Assembly: GCA_965209055.1 (NCBI GenBank)
Contig: OZ242374.1
Coordinates: 3,648,001-3,712,000, forward strand
Origin: Acidobacteriota bacterium
Lineage (GTDB): Bacteria; Acidobacteriota; UBA6911; RPQK01; JAJDTT01
Length of the DNA: 64,000 nt
Reading direction: 5' to 3'
In this document: positions 1 to 9,873 of the stretch, piece after piece
Layout: each line of letters starts with the position of its first letter
How positions within the stretch are numbered: the first letter of the stretch is position 1
Notes under the pieces: model-generated
Databases searched by the model: none
Seen by the model: the letters and a program-made list of their open reading frames with translations, nothing else
Told to the model about the DNA's origin: nothing
Position numbers and translations under genes: made by a program

Positions 1-504
1 GTCCTGCATGATCCGATCGCGCTCTCCCCGGGCCCGCCCGACACGCGAGTAGAGCTTGTATCGCCGGTCCGGCGTGTCGAAAAGATCGATGAAGGGGCTG
101 CCGAAGACGTCCAGGCCGATGATGTTCGTATCGAACCTCCCGGCGTACGGGACCAGGCCGAGATTCGGCTTGGTCCAGTGAACGCCGTCGTGGGAGACGG
201 CCAGACAGAAATAACGGAGCCGGTAGGAGCGGTCGAAGCTGTTGTAGTACATGCGGTACAGGGCGCCGTCCCGAAGAACATGGGCGTACCCGCCCGCCCG
301 CCCCTGTTCCCAGGGACGGTCCTTGAGGATGAGATTCTCCCGAGGTTGTTCGGGAAGGTTCAGCACCAGCTCCACGTTCCGGCTCGACTGGATCAGCCGC
401 TGGTCCAGGAAGAGTTGTTTCTCGGAACCGATGGAAAGGGGAGCGGACTGGCCCGCCAGCGGCAGGGTGAGCAGGAAACCGATCAGGACAGTTGCGAGAA
501 TCAT
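1..504 (-). CDS. Secreted beta-propeller glycoside hydrolase-like protein (partial, runs off window start)
   Basis: Read manually on - strand from ATG at 504: MILATVLIGFLLTLPLAGQSAPLSIGSEKQLFLDQRLI...; signal peptide, then an N-terminus resembling 44212..45780 (IGNRKQLFIDD). Confidence 0.6.
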   Translation of the reverse strand, partial: MILATVLIGFLLTLPLAGQSAPLSIGSEKQLFLDQRLIQSSRNVELVLNLPEQPRENLILKDRPWEQGRAGGYAHVLRDGALYRMYYNSFDRSYRLRYFCLAVSHDGVHWTKPNLGLVPYAGRFDTNIIGLDVFGSPFIDLFDTPDRRYKLYSRVGRARGERDRIMQD

Positions 505-527
505 CCGGCAGAAGCCCGGCAACCGGT

Positions 528-1274
528 TCAGGCCATTCCGGCCTCTTGATGCTGTCTTCGAAGGTTGTCCCGGTAACGGCGGGCCGCGTCCTCGTCCATG
601 CGGCAACTGACGCCTTTGTAGACCACTGCGAACGCGGGACGGTGCCGGTGATTGGAACGGTTGGGATCCGCACTGTGGATCATCATCCCGTGGTGGGCGG
701 CCAGATCGCCGGGTTGCAGCACCACCCGGTGTTCACGGAGACGGTCCCGGGGGCCGTAGTCGGTGATTCCCTGGGAGAAGCCGATGACTTCCGTCGGGTT
801 GTGCGGGCGGTAGCCTTCCAGGTGGGAGCCCGTGACGTATCGCAGGCAACCGTTTTCTTCGTCCACCGGCTGCAGCGGAAGCCAGAGGGTCACGACGTTG
901 CAGGGGATCAGGCAGAAGTAGTAGTTGTCCTGATGAGGGGGCGTCGGGTGCCGGGTGTTGGGTGGCTTATTGAACCATTCCGTATTTCCTCTGACCGGCT
1001 CACCCACCAGCGTCTCGGCGAGAGAGACCAGCTTCGGATGACCGAGGAAATCCCGGAAGAAGGGGTCTTCCTCCATATCCTGGAGCTGTTTCAGGGTCTC
1101 GGGCTTTTCGGGGTCCTGGTAAAACGCCTTGCTGGGGGGCAATCCCGGCACGACGTCCCGGATGAAGCGGTTGACGTTGTCGGAAAGTTCCTGGAACTCG
1201 TCCTCTGTCAAGAACTGCCGGATGACGAGATGGCCATCCCGCTTGTAGTCCGCCCTGTATTCCTGGTAACTCAT
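528..1274 (-). CDS. Phytanoyl-CoA dioxygenase (PhyH) family Fe(II)/2OG oxygenase
   Basis: Motifs TPPHQDNYY (HxD), ENGCLRYVTGSH, HHGMMIHSADPN...R; start placed at MSYQEY after GGAGG. Confidence 0.9.
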   Translation of the reverse strand: MSYQEYRADYKRDGHLVIRQFLTEDEFQELSDNVNRFIRDVVPGLPPSKAFYQDPEKPETLKQLQDMEEDPFFRDFLGHPKLVSLAETLVGEPVRGNTEWFNKPPNTRHPTPPHQDNYYFCLIPCNVVTLWLPLQPVDEENGCLRYVTGSHLEGYRPHNPTEVIGFSQGITDYGPRDRLREHRVVLQPGDLAAHHGMMIHSADPNRSNHRHRPAFAVVYKGVSCRMDEDAARRYRDNLRRQHQEAGMA

Positions 1275-1358
1275 GGACCCTCCTTGAAACCGCACCCGTC
1301 GTATGGCAAAAGGCAAATTTCATTATAGTGTGCTGCGTTGGGAAAGGCGCAAGCTCCA

Positions 1359-2357
1359 ATGTCCAAGCGACTCATCGTCACCGGTCCCCGAAACTCCCGG
1401 TTCCAGGAGGTTCCCGATCCTGACTGCCCGGCCGGCGCCCTGCTGGTCCGGGCGCGGATGACCGCCATCAGCACGGGGACCGAACTTCGCGTCTTTCGCG
1501 GGATTCCCGTGGACCGGGAGGGGAAGTACCTGTATCCGGGTTTTCCGCTGCAGTTTCCGGTGGAGAACGGATATTCCATGGTGGGAGAAGTCGTGGAAGC
1601 GGGATCCGGCGTCTCCGGTTTCCGGCCCGGCGACCGGGTCTTCGTTCCGCAGACCCACAAGCAGGCGGCAGTGTCGCCGGCCGATTCGGCCACTCGGCTT
1701 CCGGACGCCGTGCCGGACCATCTCGGAGTTTTCCTGAGCATCGTGGAAGTGGCTCATATCGCCCTGCGGCGAGGTGACGTCATGCCCGGAGAGAATGTGG
1801 CCATCATCGGATCGGGGCTCATCGGCCTCTCGGCGTTGGCCTACTGCCGCGTCTTCGGTTGCCGGACGGCGGTGGTGGACCTGGACCGGAGCCGTCTGAG
1901 GGTGGCCCGAACCATGGGAGCCGATTGGACCGGAAGCCCGGCCGAGGAGGGCTTCACGCATGGAATCATGGAATTTTTCGGAGGAGAAGGAGCCGACCTC
2001 GTGGTGGAGGCGGCCTCCACCTGGAAGGCCGTCGAGACGGGTTTGGACACCGCCCGTCCCGGGGGCAGGGTCGTCGTGGTGGCGCGCCACACCGACCAGC
2101 CCCATTTCAGTCCGGTGAACTATCCCTATTTGCGCAAGAACCTCTCCTTGAAGACCTCCTACGGACACCCGCCGGCAGGGCAACGCTGGGACCGCCGGCG
2201 GTCCATTGCTTTGACTCTGGATTACCTCTCCCGCGGACTTCTGCAATTTGCTCCCATGATCACCCACCAGTTCGAATGGGAGGACTTGCCGGACGTCTAT
2301 GCCAGGATGGACGCGGGAGAGGCGGAAATGATCGGCGTCTGCATCAACTGGACCTGA
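1359..2357 (+). CDS. Zinc-binding alcohol dehydrogenase family (MDR) oxidoreductase
   Basis: ISTGTE, GYSMVGEV and Rossmann motif IIGSGLIGL. Confidence 0.85.
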   Translation: MSKRLIVTGPRNSRFQEVPDPDCPAGALLVRARMTAISTGTELRVFRGIPVDREGKYLYPGFPLQFPVENGYSMVGEVVEAGSGVSGFRPGDRVFVPQTHKQAAVSPADSATRLPDAVPDHLGVFLSIVEVAHIALRRGDVMPGENVAIIGSGLIGLSALAYCRVFGCRTAVVDLDRSRLRVARTMGADWTGSPAEEGFTHGIMEFFGGEGADLVVEAASTWKAVETGLDTARPGGRVVVVARHTDQPHFSPVNYPYLRKNLSLKTSYGHPPAGQRWDRRRSIALTLDYLSRGLLQFAPMITHQFEWEDLPDVYARMDAGEAEMIGVCINWT

Positions 2358-2491
2358 TCACGCGGCGGTATTCCGTGAGACATGAAGTCGTCGGGCTTTT
2401 TGGCTCTCTTGGGGTATTTACATTGGAAACCTCGTCTGTATAATTCCGACTGAGCATAGTTCTTCGAATTCATCCACAGGGGGGAAATGTT

Positions 2492-3745
2492 ATGGCTTGG
2501 AGAAAACGGTTCCTGGCGGTATCAGTGCTGGGTCTTGCGGTTCTGGTAGCGACGGGTTGTGTGAATCGTCCGCCCCAGATCGACTGCGGTGCCGGCACAG
2601 CTTCGGTAGTCGCGGGCAGTTCCGTGCAATTGACGGTTCAGGCCTCCGATCCCGACCGTTTCGGTTTCGGTGGAGACAGCGACAAGTTGACGCTTACGTG
2701 GTCCGCCACGCAGGGAAGGGTGTCGGGAGGCTCGTTGGACCAGGATGCCAACACACCGGTTTCGGTTTCCGCCACCTTCGACGCGACCGGCTTGGAGCCG
2801 GGCAAGGTCCAGGTCACGGCTGAGCTCGACGACCGGAAGCTGCAGGAGACCTGCTCTATCGACGTTACAGTCGAGAAGAACAAGCAGAAGCCCACCATCG
2901 CCTGCAACCCCAGCTCGGTGAGTGTGACCGAGGGGAAGAGCATTACGCTGAAGGCCAGCGCATCCGATGCCAACAACGATCCTCTGACCTACTCCTGGGC
3001 GGTTGACGGGAGTTCGGTGAGCGGCAACATGGCCAGCTTCCAGTTCGGGACCACCGGCCGTTCCGTCGGAGCCCACCGGGCCACGGTGACGGTCAAGGAC
3101 TCGGACAACATGACGGCCAGTTGCACCTTCAACGTGACCGTCGCGCGCAGGCCCAATACCGATCCCAAGGTGACCCTGAGCCTCGACAAGTCGGAGGTCA
3201 TGATGGGTGAGGCGGTCAAGGCCATGGCCAAGGCCAGCGACGCCGAAGGAGATCCCATCACCTACGCCTGGGCGGTGAACGGACGCAGCATGTCCGGTTC
3301 CGGCAGCAACTACACGGTCAACACCAGCGGAATGGGCGGCGGCTCTCACGCGGTTTCGGTCACGGCCAGCGACGATCGGGGCGGAAAGGGAATGGCCACG
3401 GCCTCCTTCAAGGTCCGCGAGAATATCGTCATTCAGGTCAACGGCCGACTGAACAACGTGGCCAAGGCCAAGCTGGACGAAATCGCCCTCAAGCTGCAGC
3501 AGAACCCGAGCCTGATGGCCACCATCACGGGCCACACCGACTCCGTGGGCAGCGAGAAGGGCAACATGAGGGCCGGAACCAAGCGCGCCGAGCGAGCGAA
3601 GGCCTATCTGACCACTCAGCACAGTGTCGGAGATTCCAGGATCGCCACCAAGAGCGCCGGCGAATCCATGCCCATCGCCGACAACAAGACGCGCGAGGGA
3701 CGCAAGGAGAATCGCCGGGTGGAAGTGGAACTCTACGTTCCGTAA
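2492..3745 (+). CDS. OmpA-family lipoprotein with three PKD/Ig-like repeats
   Basis: Lipobox-like ATGC; repeated ASD..DPLTY.W Ig/PKD units; C-terminal ITGHTDSVG...NRRVE OmpA domain. Confidence 0.88.
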   Translation: MAWRKRFLAVSVLGLAVLVATGCVNRPPQIDCGAGTASVVAGSSVQLTVQASDPDRFGFGGDSDKLTLTWSATQGRVSGGSLDQDANTPVSVSATFDATGLEPGKVQVTAELDDRKLQETCSIDVTVEKNKQKPTIACNPSSVSVTEGKSITLKASASDANNDPLTYSWAVDGSSVSGNMASFQFGTTGRSVGAHRATVTVKDSDNMTASCTFNVTVARRPNTDPKVTLSLDKSEVMMGEAVKAMAKASDAEGDPITYAWAVNGRSMSGSGSNYTVNTSGMGGGSHAVSVTASDDRGGKGMATASFKVRENIVIQVNGRLNNVAKAKLDEIALKLQQNPSLMATITGHTDSVGSEKGNMRAGTKRAERAKAYLTTQHSVGDSRIATKSAGESMPIADNKTREGRKENRRVEVELYVP

Positions 3746-3801
3746 ACCCCAGACTCATGGGCTGGATGGAGTCCCGTCCGGTCCATGATCATAAAGTGAC
3801 G

Positions 3802-3840
3802 AAAATGCCTGCACCGCCTCCGGGTGGTGCAGGCATTTTT
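3802..3840. terminator. Intrinsic, probably bidirectional, terminator between convergent ompA-like gene and recR
   Basis: AAAATGCCTGCACC-GCCTCCGGGT-GGTGCAGGCATTTT inverted repeat with A and T tails. Confidence 0.8.
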
Positions 3841-3921
3841 CATTTGAGATTCAGCCTCTTTACCGGTTTCCCGGGGGTATGAGGAACAAGGAGTCCTCGC
3901 CGGTCGGCGGCGAGAGGGCGG

Positions 3922-4551
3922 TCAGAGGTCCTGGCGCCCGGACAAAGCCCGGGTCAGGGTCAACTGGTCGGTGTATTCCAGGTCGCTCCCGATGGGGATG
4001 CCCAGCGCGATCCGGGAAACGCGAATCTCCAGGGGCTTGATGAGCTTGGAAAGATAGAGCGCCGTGGCCTCTCCTTCGGTGGTGGGATTGGTGGCCACGA
4101 TCACTTCCTTGACCTCGCCGTCGCGAAAGCGCTCGAAGAGGTTCCGCAACTTGAGATCCTCGGGGCCGATTCCGTTGATGGGAGAGATGGCTCCGTGGAG
4201 GACGTGGTAGAGGCCCCGGTACTGGCCCGTCTTCTCGATGGAGAGCACGTTGAAGGGCTCCTCCACGACACAGATGGTCTCCCGGTCTCGATTGACCTGC
4301 TTGCAGATGGAGCAGGGATCGGTTCCGCCGATGTGATTGCACACCGCGCAGAACACCAGGCTGCGTTTGAGTTCTCCGATGGCCTGGGCGAGCCGGTTGC
4401 ATTCGCTGTCGGGCTGACGGATCAGGTGGAAGACCAGCCGTTGCGCCGATTTGGGGCCGATGCCGGGGAGGCGCTTCAATTCGTCGACGAGTCTGTTGAT
4501 CGGGTCCGGGCGGTGTGTGTCCATGACTCCTCCCAGTGAGATGCGGGTCAA
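3922..4551 (-). CDS. recR: Recombination mediator RecR
   Basis: LPGIGPKSAQR HhH, C4 zinc finger, Toprim ATNPTTEGEAT; dnaX-ybaB-recR synteny. Confidence 0.97.
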   Translation of the reverse strand: MTRISLGGVMDTHRPDPINRLVDELKRLPGIGPKSAQRLVFHLIRQPDSECNRLAQAIGELKRSLVFCAVCNHIGGTDPCSICKQVNRDRETICVVEEPFNVLSIEKTGQYRGLYHVLHGAISPINGIGPEDLKLRNLFERFRDGEVKEVIVATNPTTEGEATALYLSKLIKPLEIRVSRIALGIPIGSDLEYTDQLTLTRALSGRQDL

Positions 4552-4847
4552 AAAATTCCGCCGGTCAGATTGCTGACCCGGGAACTCATCATCTCATCGA
4601 CCTTGCGTCCCGCTTCGTTGACGGCAGCCAGGACCAGGTCCTGGAGCATCTCCACGTCTTCCGGATCCACGGCGTCGGGATCGATTACGATGGAATGCAT
4701 CTTCTTGGATCCGTCCATGACGACATGGACGGCGCCGCCGCCGCTGGTGGCCTCCACGCGGCTCTCGTGCATCTGGCGTTGCAACTGCTCCTGCATGATC
4801 TGAGCCTGCCTCATGAGGCCCTTGATGTTCTTTTTTCGCATCTTCAT
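4548..4847 (-). CDS. ybaB: YbaB/EbfC nucleoid-associated protein
   Basis: MRQAQIMQEQL...SGGGAV...DVEMLQDLVLAAVNEA; position between dnaX and recR. Confidence 0.95.
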   Translation of the reverse strand: MKMRKKNIKGLMRQAQIMQEQLQRQMHESRVEATSGGGAVHVVMDGSKKMHSIVIDPDAVDPEDVEMLQDLVLAAVNEAGRKVDEMMSSRVSNLTGGIF

Positions 4848-4917
4848 GCGCGTTTACTCCTGTGAGCGTGTGGATCGAAACGCCATGGAATCGGCTGGAC
4901 GCGTTCCGTGAAGAGGG

Positions 4918-6561
4918 CTACGGGTTGCGTTCCACGATCACCTTGCTCGGAAACCGCTTCAGAAATGCCTTGACCTTCGGGTGCTCCGCAAGGTCCTCTT
5001 CCTCATCCTTCCCCGCCGGCTCCGCTTCCTGGAACCGGATCTGAAGCTTACAGGGGGATCCTGTCAACTGTCCCGACAGTTCGGCGAGGTGCTGCGCCTT
5101 TTCCTGAACCAAGCCGGCGTGGACCTGCTCGGAGGCGGGGAAGACGACGATCAGATCTCCGTCCTGAACCTGGCTGTCGGAGGAGTGCAGCAACGACGAA
5201 TAGAGTGCCGGAGCTTGATCCTGGACCGCGGCCAGGAGCCGGTCCCGAAATTCCTGCGGGTGTTGGACAGGCTCGGACCGGGCCGGTTCGGGGGCGGCGG
5301 GAGAGGTGGCCGGGGCGGGCGCGGCAGTCGTCTTGGCCGCTGGGTCCGGTCCGCTTGGAGCGGGTCGACCCCCGAACAGATCCCGGCTCTCCGGAGGATT
5401 TTCGGGTGTCCGCGCGGTTCCTTGGAAACGACCGGATTCGAGTTGTTCCAGGACGCTCTCCAAGCGGGGAAGTCCGGCCAGCTCGATGAGCTTCATGAAG
5501 GCCATTTCCAGGTGAAGGCCCGGATTGGGGTGCCACCGCATCTCTCCCCCACACCGGGTGAGCACGTCGAAGAACCGGATCAGGTCGGGAGTCGAAAACG
5601 CCTCCGCCTGCCGCGTCACCACCTCTTTCTGGCTGTCGGGAAGTTGGAGCAATCGTTCTTCCCAACCGCTGACCTGAAAGACCATGAGGTTGCGGACATG
5701 GGCCAGCATCCGGCCCGCCAGGTTCAACGGATCGACCCCGGACTCGACGGCATCCTGCATCCGCTGCAGCAGGGCCTGGGCGTCCCGCTCCTGAATGCAG
5801 TCCACGAGTCCGGCCACAAGTTTCTCGTCCACCACGCCCAGCAGTACGCGGACGTCCTCGTCGGAGACCTGCTTACCCGAAAGCGAAGTGATCTGCTCCA
5901 GAATCGACTGGCCGTCCCGCATGCTCCCCTTGGCGGCCGAGGAGATGGCCCTCAGGCCGTAATCGCTGATCTCGATCTCCTCGCTGGCGCAGATCCGTTT
6001 CAGGTGCTCCAGGATCAGCACGAAGGGGATCGGTTTAAGGTCGTATTCCTGGCAGCGGGAGGTGATGGTGACGGGGATCTTGGCGTGTTCCGTCGTGGCC
6101 AGGATGAACTTCACGTGAGGCGGAGGCTCTTCAAGGGTCTTGAGCAACGCGTTGAAGGCCGCGTTGGAGAGCATGTGGACCTCATCGATGATGTAGATCT
6201 TGAAGCGGTCGCGCGCCGGCGTGTAGCGGGCGCTCTCGCGAAGCTCCCGGATGTTGTCCACGCCGGTGTTGGAAGCGGCGTCGATCTCCAGGACGTCCAG
6301 GCTGTTGGCGGCGGCGATCTCGGTGCAGGAGACGCATCGGGAGCAAGGCTCCTCGGTCGGTCCCTTCTCGCAGTTCAGGGCCTTGGCCAGAATCCGGGCC
6401 GTGGTGGTCTTGCCCACTCCCCGTACGCCCGAAAAGAGGAAGGCATGGGCGATGCGTCCGCTGCGGAGGGCGTTCCGCAGAGCCCGGGTGACCGTGTCCT
6501 GACCCGCGACCTCATCGAAGGTCTGAGGGCGCCATTTCCGTGCCAGAACCACGTAGCTCAT
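4918..6561 (-). CDS. dnaX: DNA polymerase III subunit gamma/tau
   Basis: MSYVVLARKWRPQTF, Walker A GVRGVGKTT, IIDEVHML, TITSRC. Confidence 0.98.
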   Translation of the reverse strand: MSYVVLARKWRPQTFDEVAGQDTVTRALRNALRSGRIAHAFLFSGVRGVGKTTTARILAKALNCEKGPTEEPCSRCVSCTEIAAANSLDVLEIDAASNTGVDNIRELRESARYTPARDRFKIYIIDEVHMLSNAAFNALLKTLEEPPPHVKFILATTEHAKIPVTITSRCQEYDLKPIPFVLILEHLKRICASEEIEISDYGLRAISSAAKGSMRDGQSILEQITSLSGKQVSDEDVRVLLGVVDEKLVAGLVDCIQERDAQALLQRMQDAVESGVDPLNLAGRMLAHVRNLMVFQVSGWEERLLQLPDSQKEVVTRQAEAFSTPDLIRFFDVLTRCGGEMRWHPNPGLHLEMAFMKLIELAGLPRLESVLEQLESGRFQGTARTPENPPESRDLFGGRPAPSGPDPAAKTTAAPAPATSPAAPEPARSEPVQHPQEFRDRLLAAVQDQAPALYSSLLHSSDSQVQDGDLIVVFPASEQVHAGLVQEKAQHLAELSGQLTGSPCKLQIRFQEAEPAGKDEEEDLAEHPKVKAFLKRFPSKVIVERNP

Positions 6562-6671
6562 GGATGAACCCGCCGTCTCGGAGAGGAGGCCGGAGTCCCG
6601 TTTCGAGGGCCGGAATCCGGGTCGATCCCGCCGCCGACGGACTCTCGAAGCCCCATACTATACCACTCCAA

Positions 6672-6845
6672 AACCGAGACGGGAGCGGGCTCGACGGCTG
6701 TCCGGAGCAGGCACCGTTCCTCGACTTGGAGCCGGCGGATTGGCTCCAATGAGCGGTGGAGGAGCACCGAATTGGACGTGCCGGGCCCGACTCGAAATCG
6801 GGGTGTTGTCCGATGATGAGCCGTCCACGCGGGCTTGTACTCGAA
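6672..6845 (+). pseudogene. Decayed duplicate of the tRNA-Ser(CGA) leader, promoter and 5' three-quarters
   Basis: Aligns with 11384-11545 with many substitutions; keeps the anticodon arm CCCGACTCGAAATCGGG but lacks a TTCGAATC T-loop and the 3' acceptor strand. Confidence 0.85.
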
Positions 6846-7038
6846 ACAACAGTTCCGAGTCGTCCTTCTGGCTGAATACCTCGCCAAAACATCTGATTAG
6901 AAAAAAATCTGGTTTATCATCGATAAGTCACGATATAGTCACTAAATCGGCCTTTTTGGGACTTGAAGTTGGCACCGATTTTGCTTGGTATTTCAAGGTT
7001 TCGTACGATCCTCCCAAACTGAGTACTGGTGACCCGAG

Positions 7039-9864
7039 TTGACCATCAACCTCAATGAGGAGAGCAAAATTCCGCCTTATCGAATTATGGTTCGAAATGC
7101 TCTCCTGACTGCAGTGGCCATCGGTATTCTCCCTGGTCTCCAACTGGTGCCGGGCGTTGCCTCGGCCGCTCCCGGGAGTGACTTGACTCGAACCGGAGAG
7201 GCCTATGAACTCCGGCTGGCCCGGGCGCACCAACGTATGGAGAACACCATGTACGCATCCACCCCGGATCGTGCGGGTGCGCCCTCCATGTGTCCTGTCC
7301 TGAGCGACGGCCGGACCGGGCCACCGATTTCGCTGGACTTTCGCGGAGCGTTGCTGACGTCCGACCCCAGGAGGTATGCCGCAGCGGCAGATGAAACGGA
7401 GTCGGAGGCGGAGGCGGAATCGGCACTGGACTTTTTTCAGAACTACATTTCCGAATCCATCGTGCAGGCGAAGTGCGTCAACTGCCATGTCGAAGGGGGC
7501 GTGTCGGGCCACACCCGGCTGATTCTCCATCCGTCTTCGAACGCCGACCATGCGACCCTCAACCTAGGTGTTTTCGAGAATTTCCTGGCTGACGTCGAGG
7601 ACGGCGGCAGTCTGATCCTGAACAAGATCCAAGGCGTCGGCCACGGCGGAGGGATTCAGGTGGCGGCCGGATCGGACGACTTCGCCAACATGGAAACCTT
7701 CCTCAGCCTGCTGGGCTACGGTGACGATTCCGGTTCTGGCCTGTCTCCGGACACATTGTTCGACACGGTCACGATGGCGTCGCCGGGGAAGACGTTGTGG
7801 CGGGCCGCATTGATCTTCGGCGGAACGATCCCGACCCGGGAGGAACGCGAGGCCGTTGAGAACGGCACCGAGGAGGACCTGCGGGCGGCGATCCGGAATC
7901 TGATGACGGGACCTGGATTTCACGAGTTCCTGATTCGGACGAGCAACGACCGGTTGCTCACGGATTATTACCTTGGCAGGACCGTGATTTTTCCCTCCCA
8001 GAGGCAATTCGTCGATTTGACCAATCTGAATTGGGCGAAGCTCAAGGCGTTACGCGACAGAGGCGTCACCCACGAGCGGCGCGATCCGGAATATGCGCGA
8101 TGGCGGGGTTCAATCCAGTACGGACTCATACGCGCTCCACTCGAATTGGTCGCTCATGTCGTGAAGAACGATCTCCCATATACGGAGATTCTGACCGCCG
8201 ACTACATCATGGCGAACCCGATGACATCGGAAGCGTACGGCGCATCGACACAATTCGACGATACCGAAGATCGACACGAATTCCGGCCTTCGGAGATCGT
8301 CAGCTATTACCGGAACGACGATTCGAAAGTTGTTGAATCCGATGACGATCTCGGGGTCCGTGTTCTCGATCCCGGGAATCTGAGCACGGACTACCCGCAC
8401 GCCGGAATTCTCAATACGACCGTGTTCTTGGGGCGTTACCCCACGACTCCGACCAATCGCAACCGCGCCCGATCGCGTTGGACCTACTACCACTTCCTGG
8501 GCCTCGATATCGAAAAATCGGCGTCTCGGACAACCGACCCCGTCGCGCTGGCCGATACCAACAACCCCACCATGAACAACTCCGCGTGTACGGTCTGCCA
8601 TCGCGTCATGGATCCCGTTGCTGGTGCTTTTCAGAACTACGGGGAAAATGGGTTCTACCGGGATGAATGGGGAGGACAGGACTCATTGGACGGTTTCTAC
8701 AAGGACCCACCGGGTGGCGCGTACACGCCCTATCGATCCGGCGATACTTGGTATCGCGACATGCGCGAACCCGGTTTCGACGGATCAATCGCACCGGACG
8801 CGGAAAACAGTGTGCAGTGGTTGGCCGAGCAGATCGTGGCCGACGATCGGTTTGCCGAGGCTACAGTGAAGTTCTGGTGGCCGGCGATGATGGGTGTTGA
8901 GGTTACGGCGCCGCCGGAGGACGAAAACGACACCGGGTTTGAAGGGATGCTGCTGGCCTCCAATGCCCAAACCGCCGAGGTGGAGCGACTCGCCGAAGCG
9001 TTCCGGACGGGTATCGAGGGTGGGGACCCCTACAATCTGAAAGATCTTCTTGTGGAGCTCGTGCTTTCGCCTTGGTTTCGAGCGGAATCGGTCTCCGGCG
9101 ACGATCCGGTGCGGTCGGTGGCGTTGCGGACCGCCGGAGCCGAGCGGTTGCTCACGCCGGAAGAGTTGGCTTGGAAGACTCAAGCCATCACCGGATACCG
9201 TTGGGGCCGGAAGGCCACAAGACACGGGGACATCGATGATGGCTACTATGACGACTATATGGACTTGTTGACCCATCCTGAAGGCTACCGTTTGGTTTAC
9301 GGCGGAATCGACTCGGAAGCGGTCACGGAACGGACGTACGACGTGACGGCGACGATGGCGGCGGTCGCCCAGAGCCATGCGCTCGCATCCAGTTGTGCCA
9401 TCGTTCAACGCGAGTTCCTGCTTTGGCCGGATGAGGACCGACGTCTATTTGGTGGGATCGACCAGTATGTGTCGCCGAATTCGGGGCGCGGCGCCAAAAG
9501 AATTCGTGAAAAGCTGGTCGAACTGCACGAGAAGCTCCTCGGAGTGATCGTATCGGCCGATTCCCCCGATGTCGAGGCTGCGTTCCGCCTGTTCGTGGAG
9601 ACTTGGAGACACAAACGCAACACAAGGGAGTGGCGGAACGAATGGATTGACTGTGAAATTAATGACCATTGGTATTTCGAAGGAATCGCTGACGATGTTC
9701 TGCAAACGAACGAGGACGGAAACCTGGAATACGATCGGGGACGCGCGGGCGAAATATTGGACGATGCTGACTGGAGTGACCGAGGCGAGCGAGATCCTAT
9801 TGTCCAGACGTGGGTCGTCGTGCTTGCGTATTTGTTGACGGATTACCGGTACCTCTTTTTCTAG
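7039..9864 (+). CDS. Large secreted c-type cytochrome protein (DUF1588/DUF1585-like); start may be 7087
   Basis: Signal-like N-terminus; CVNCH and CTVCH heme motifs; CTVCHRVMDPVAGAF resembles the DUF1588 region; directly upstream of a DUF1501 gene. Confidence 0.7.
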   Translation: MTINLNEESKIPPYRIMVRNALLTAVAIGILPGLQLVPGVASAAPGSDLTRTGEAYELRLARAHQRMENTMYASTPDRAGAPSMCPVLSDGRTGPPISLDFRGALLTSDPRRYAAAADETESEAEAESALDFFQNYISESIVQAKCVNCHVEGGVSGHTRLILHPSSNADHATLNLGVFENFLADVEDGGSLILNKIQGVGHGGGIQVAAGSDDFANMETFLSLLGYGDDSGSGLSPDTLFDTVTMASPGKTLWRAALIFGGTIPTREEREAVENGTEEDLRAAIRNLMTGPGFHEFLIRTSNDRLLTDYYLGRTVIFPSQRQFVDLTNLNWAKLKALRDRGVTHERRDPEYARWRGSIQYGLIRAPLELVAHVVKNDLPYTEILTADYIMANPMTSEAYGASTQFDDTEDRHEFRPSEIVSYYRNDDSKVVESDDDLGVRVLDPGNLSTDYPHAGILNTTVFLGRYPTTPTNRNRARSRWTYYHFLGLDIEKSASRTTDPVALADTNNPTMNNSACTVCHRVMDPVAGAFQNYGENGFYRDEWGGQDSLDGFYKDPPGGAYTPYRSGDTWYRDMREPGFDGSIAPDAENSVQWLAEQIVADDRFAEATVKFWWPAMMGVEVTAPPEDENDTGFEGMLLASNAQTAEVERLAEAFRTGIEGGDPYNLKDLLVELVLSPWFRAESVSGDDPVRSVALRTAGAERLLTPEELAWKTQAITGYRWGRKATRHGDIDDGYYDDYMDLLTHPEGYRLVYGGIDSEAVTERTYDVTATMAAVAQSHALASSCAIVQREFLLWPDEDRRLFGGIDQYVSPNSGRGAKRIREKLVELHEKLLGVIVSADSPDVEAAFRLFVETWRHKRNTREWRNEWIDCEINDHWYFEGIADDVLQTNEDGNLEYDRGRAGEILDDADWSDRGERDPIVQTWVVVLAYLLTDYRYLFF

Positions 9865-9873
9865 GAGGGTGAA

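Noticed and set aside
6562-6720. SRP RNA (ffs), often found upstream of dnaX
   Set aside because: I could not find the conserved helix-8 motif on either strand.
6758-6845. Second functional tRNA-Ser(CGA)
   Set aside because: No T-loop consensus or 3' acceptor strand and a degenerate promoter; listed as a pseudogene instead.
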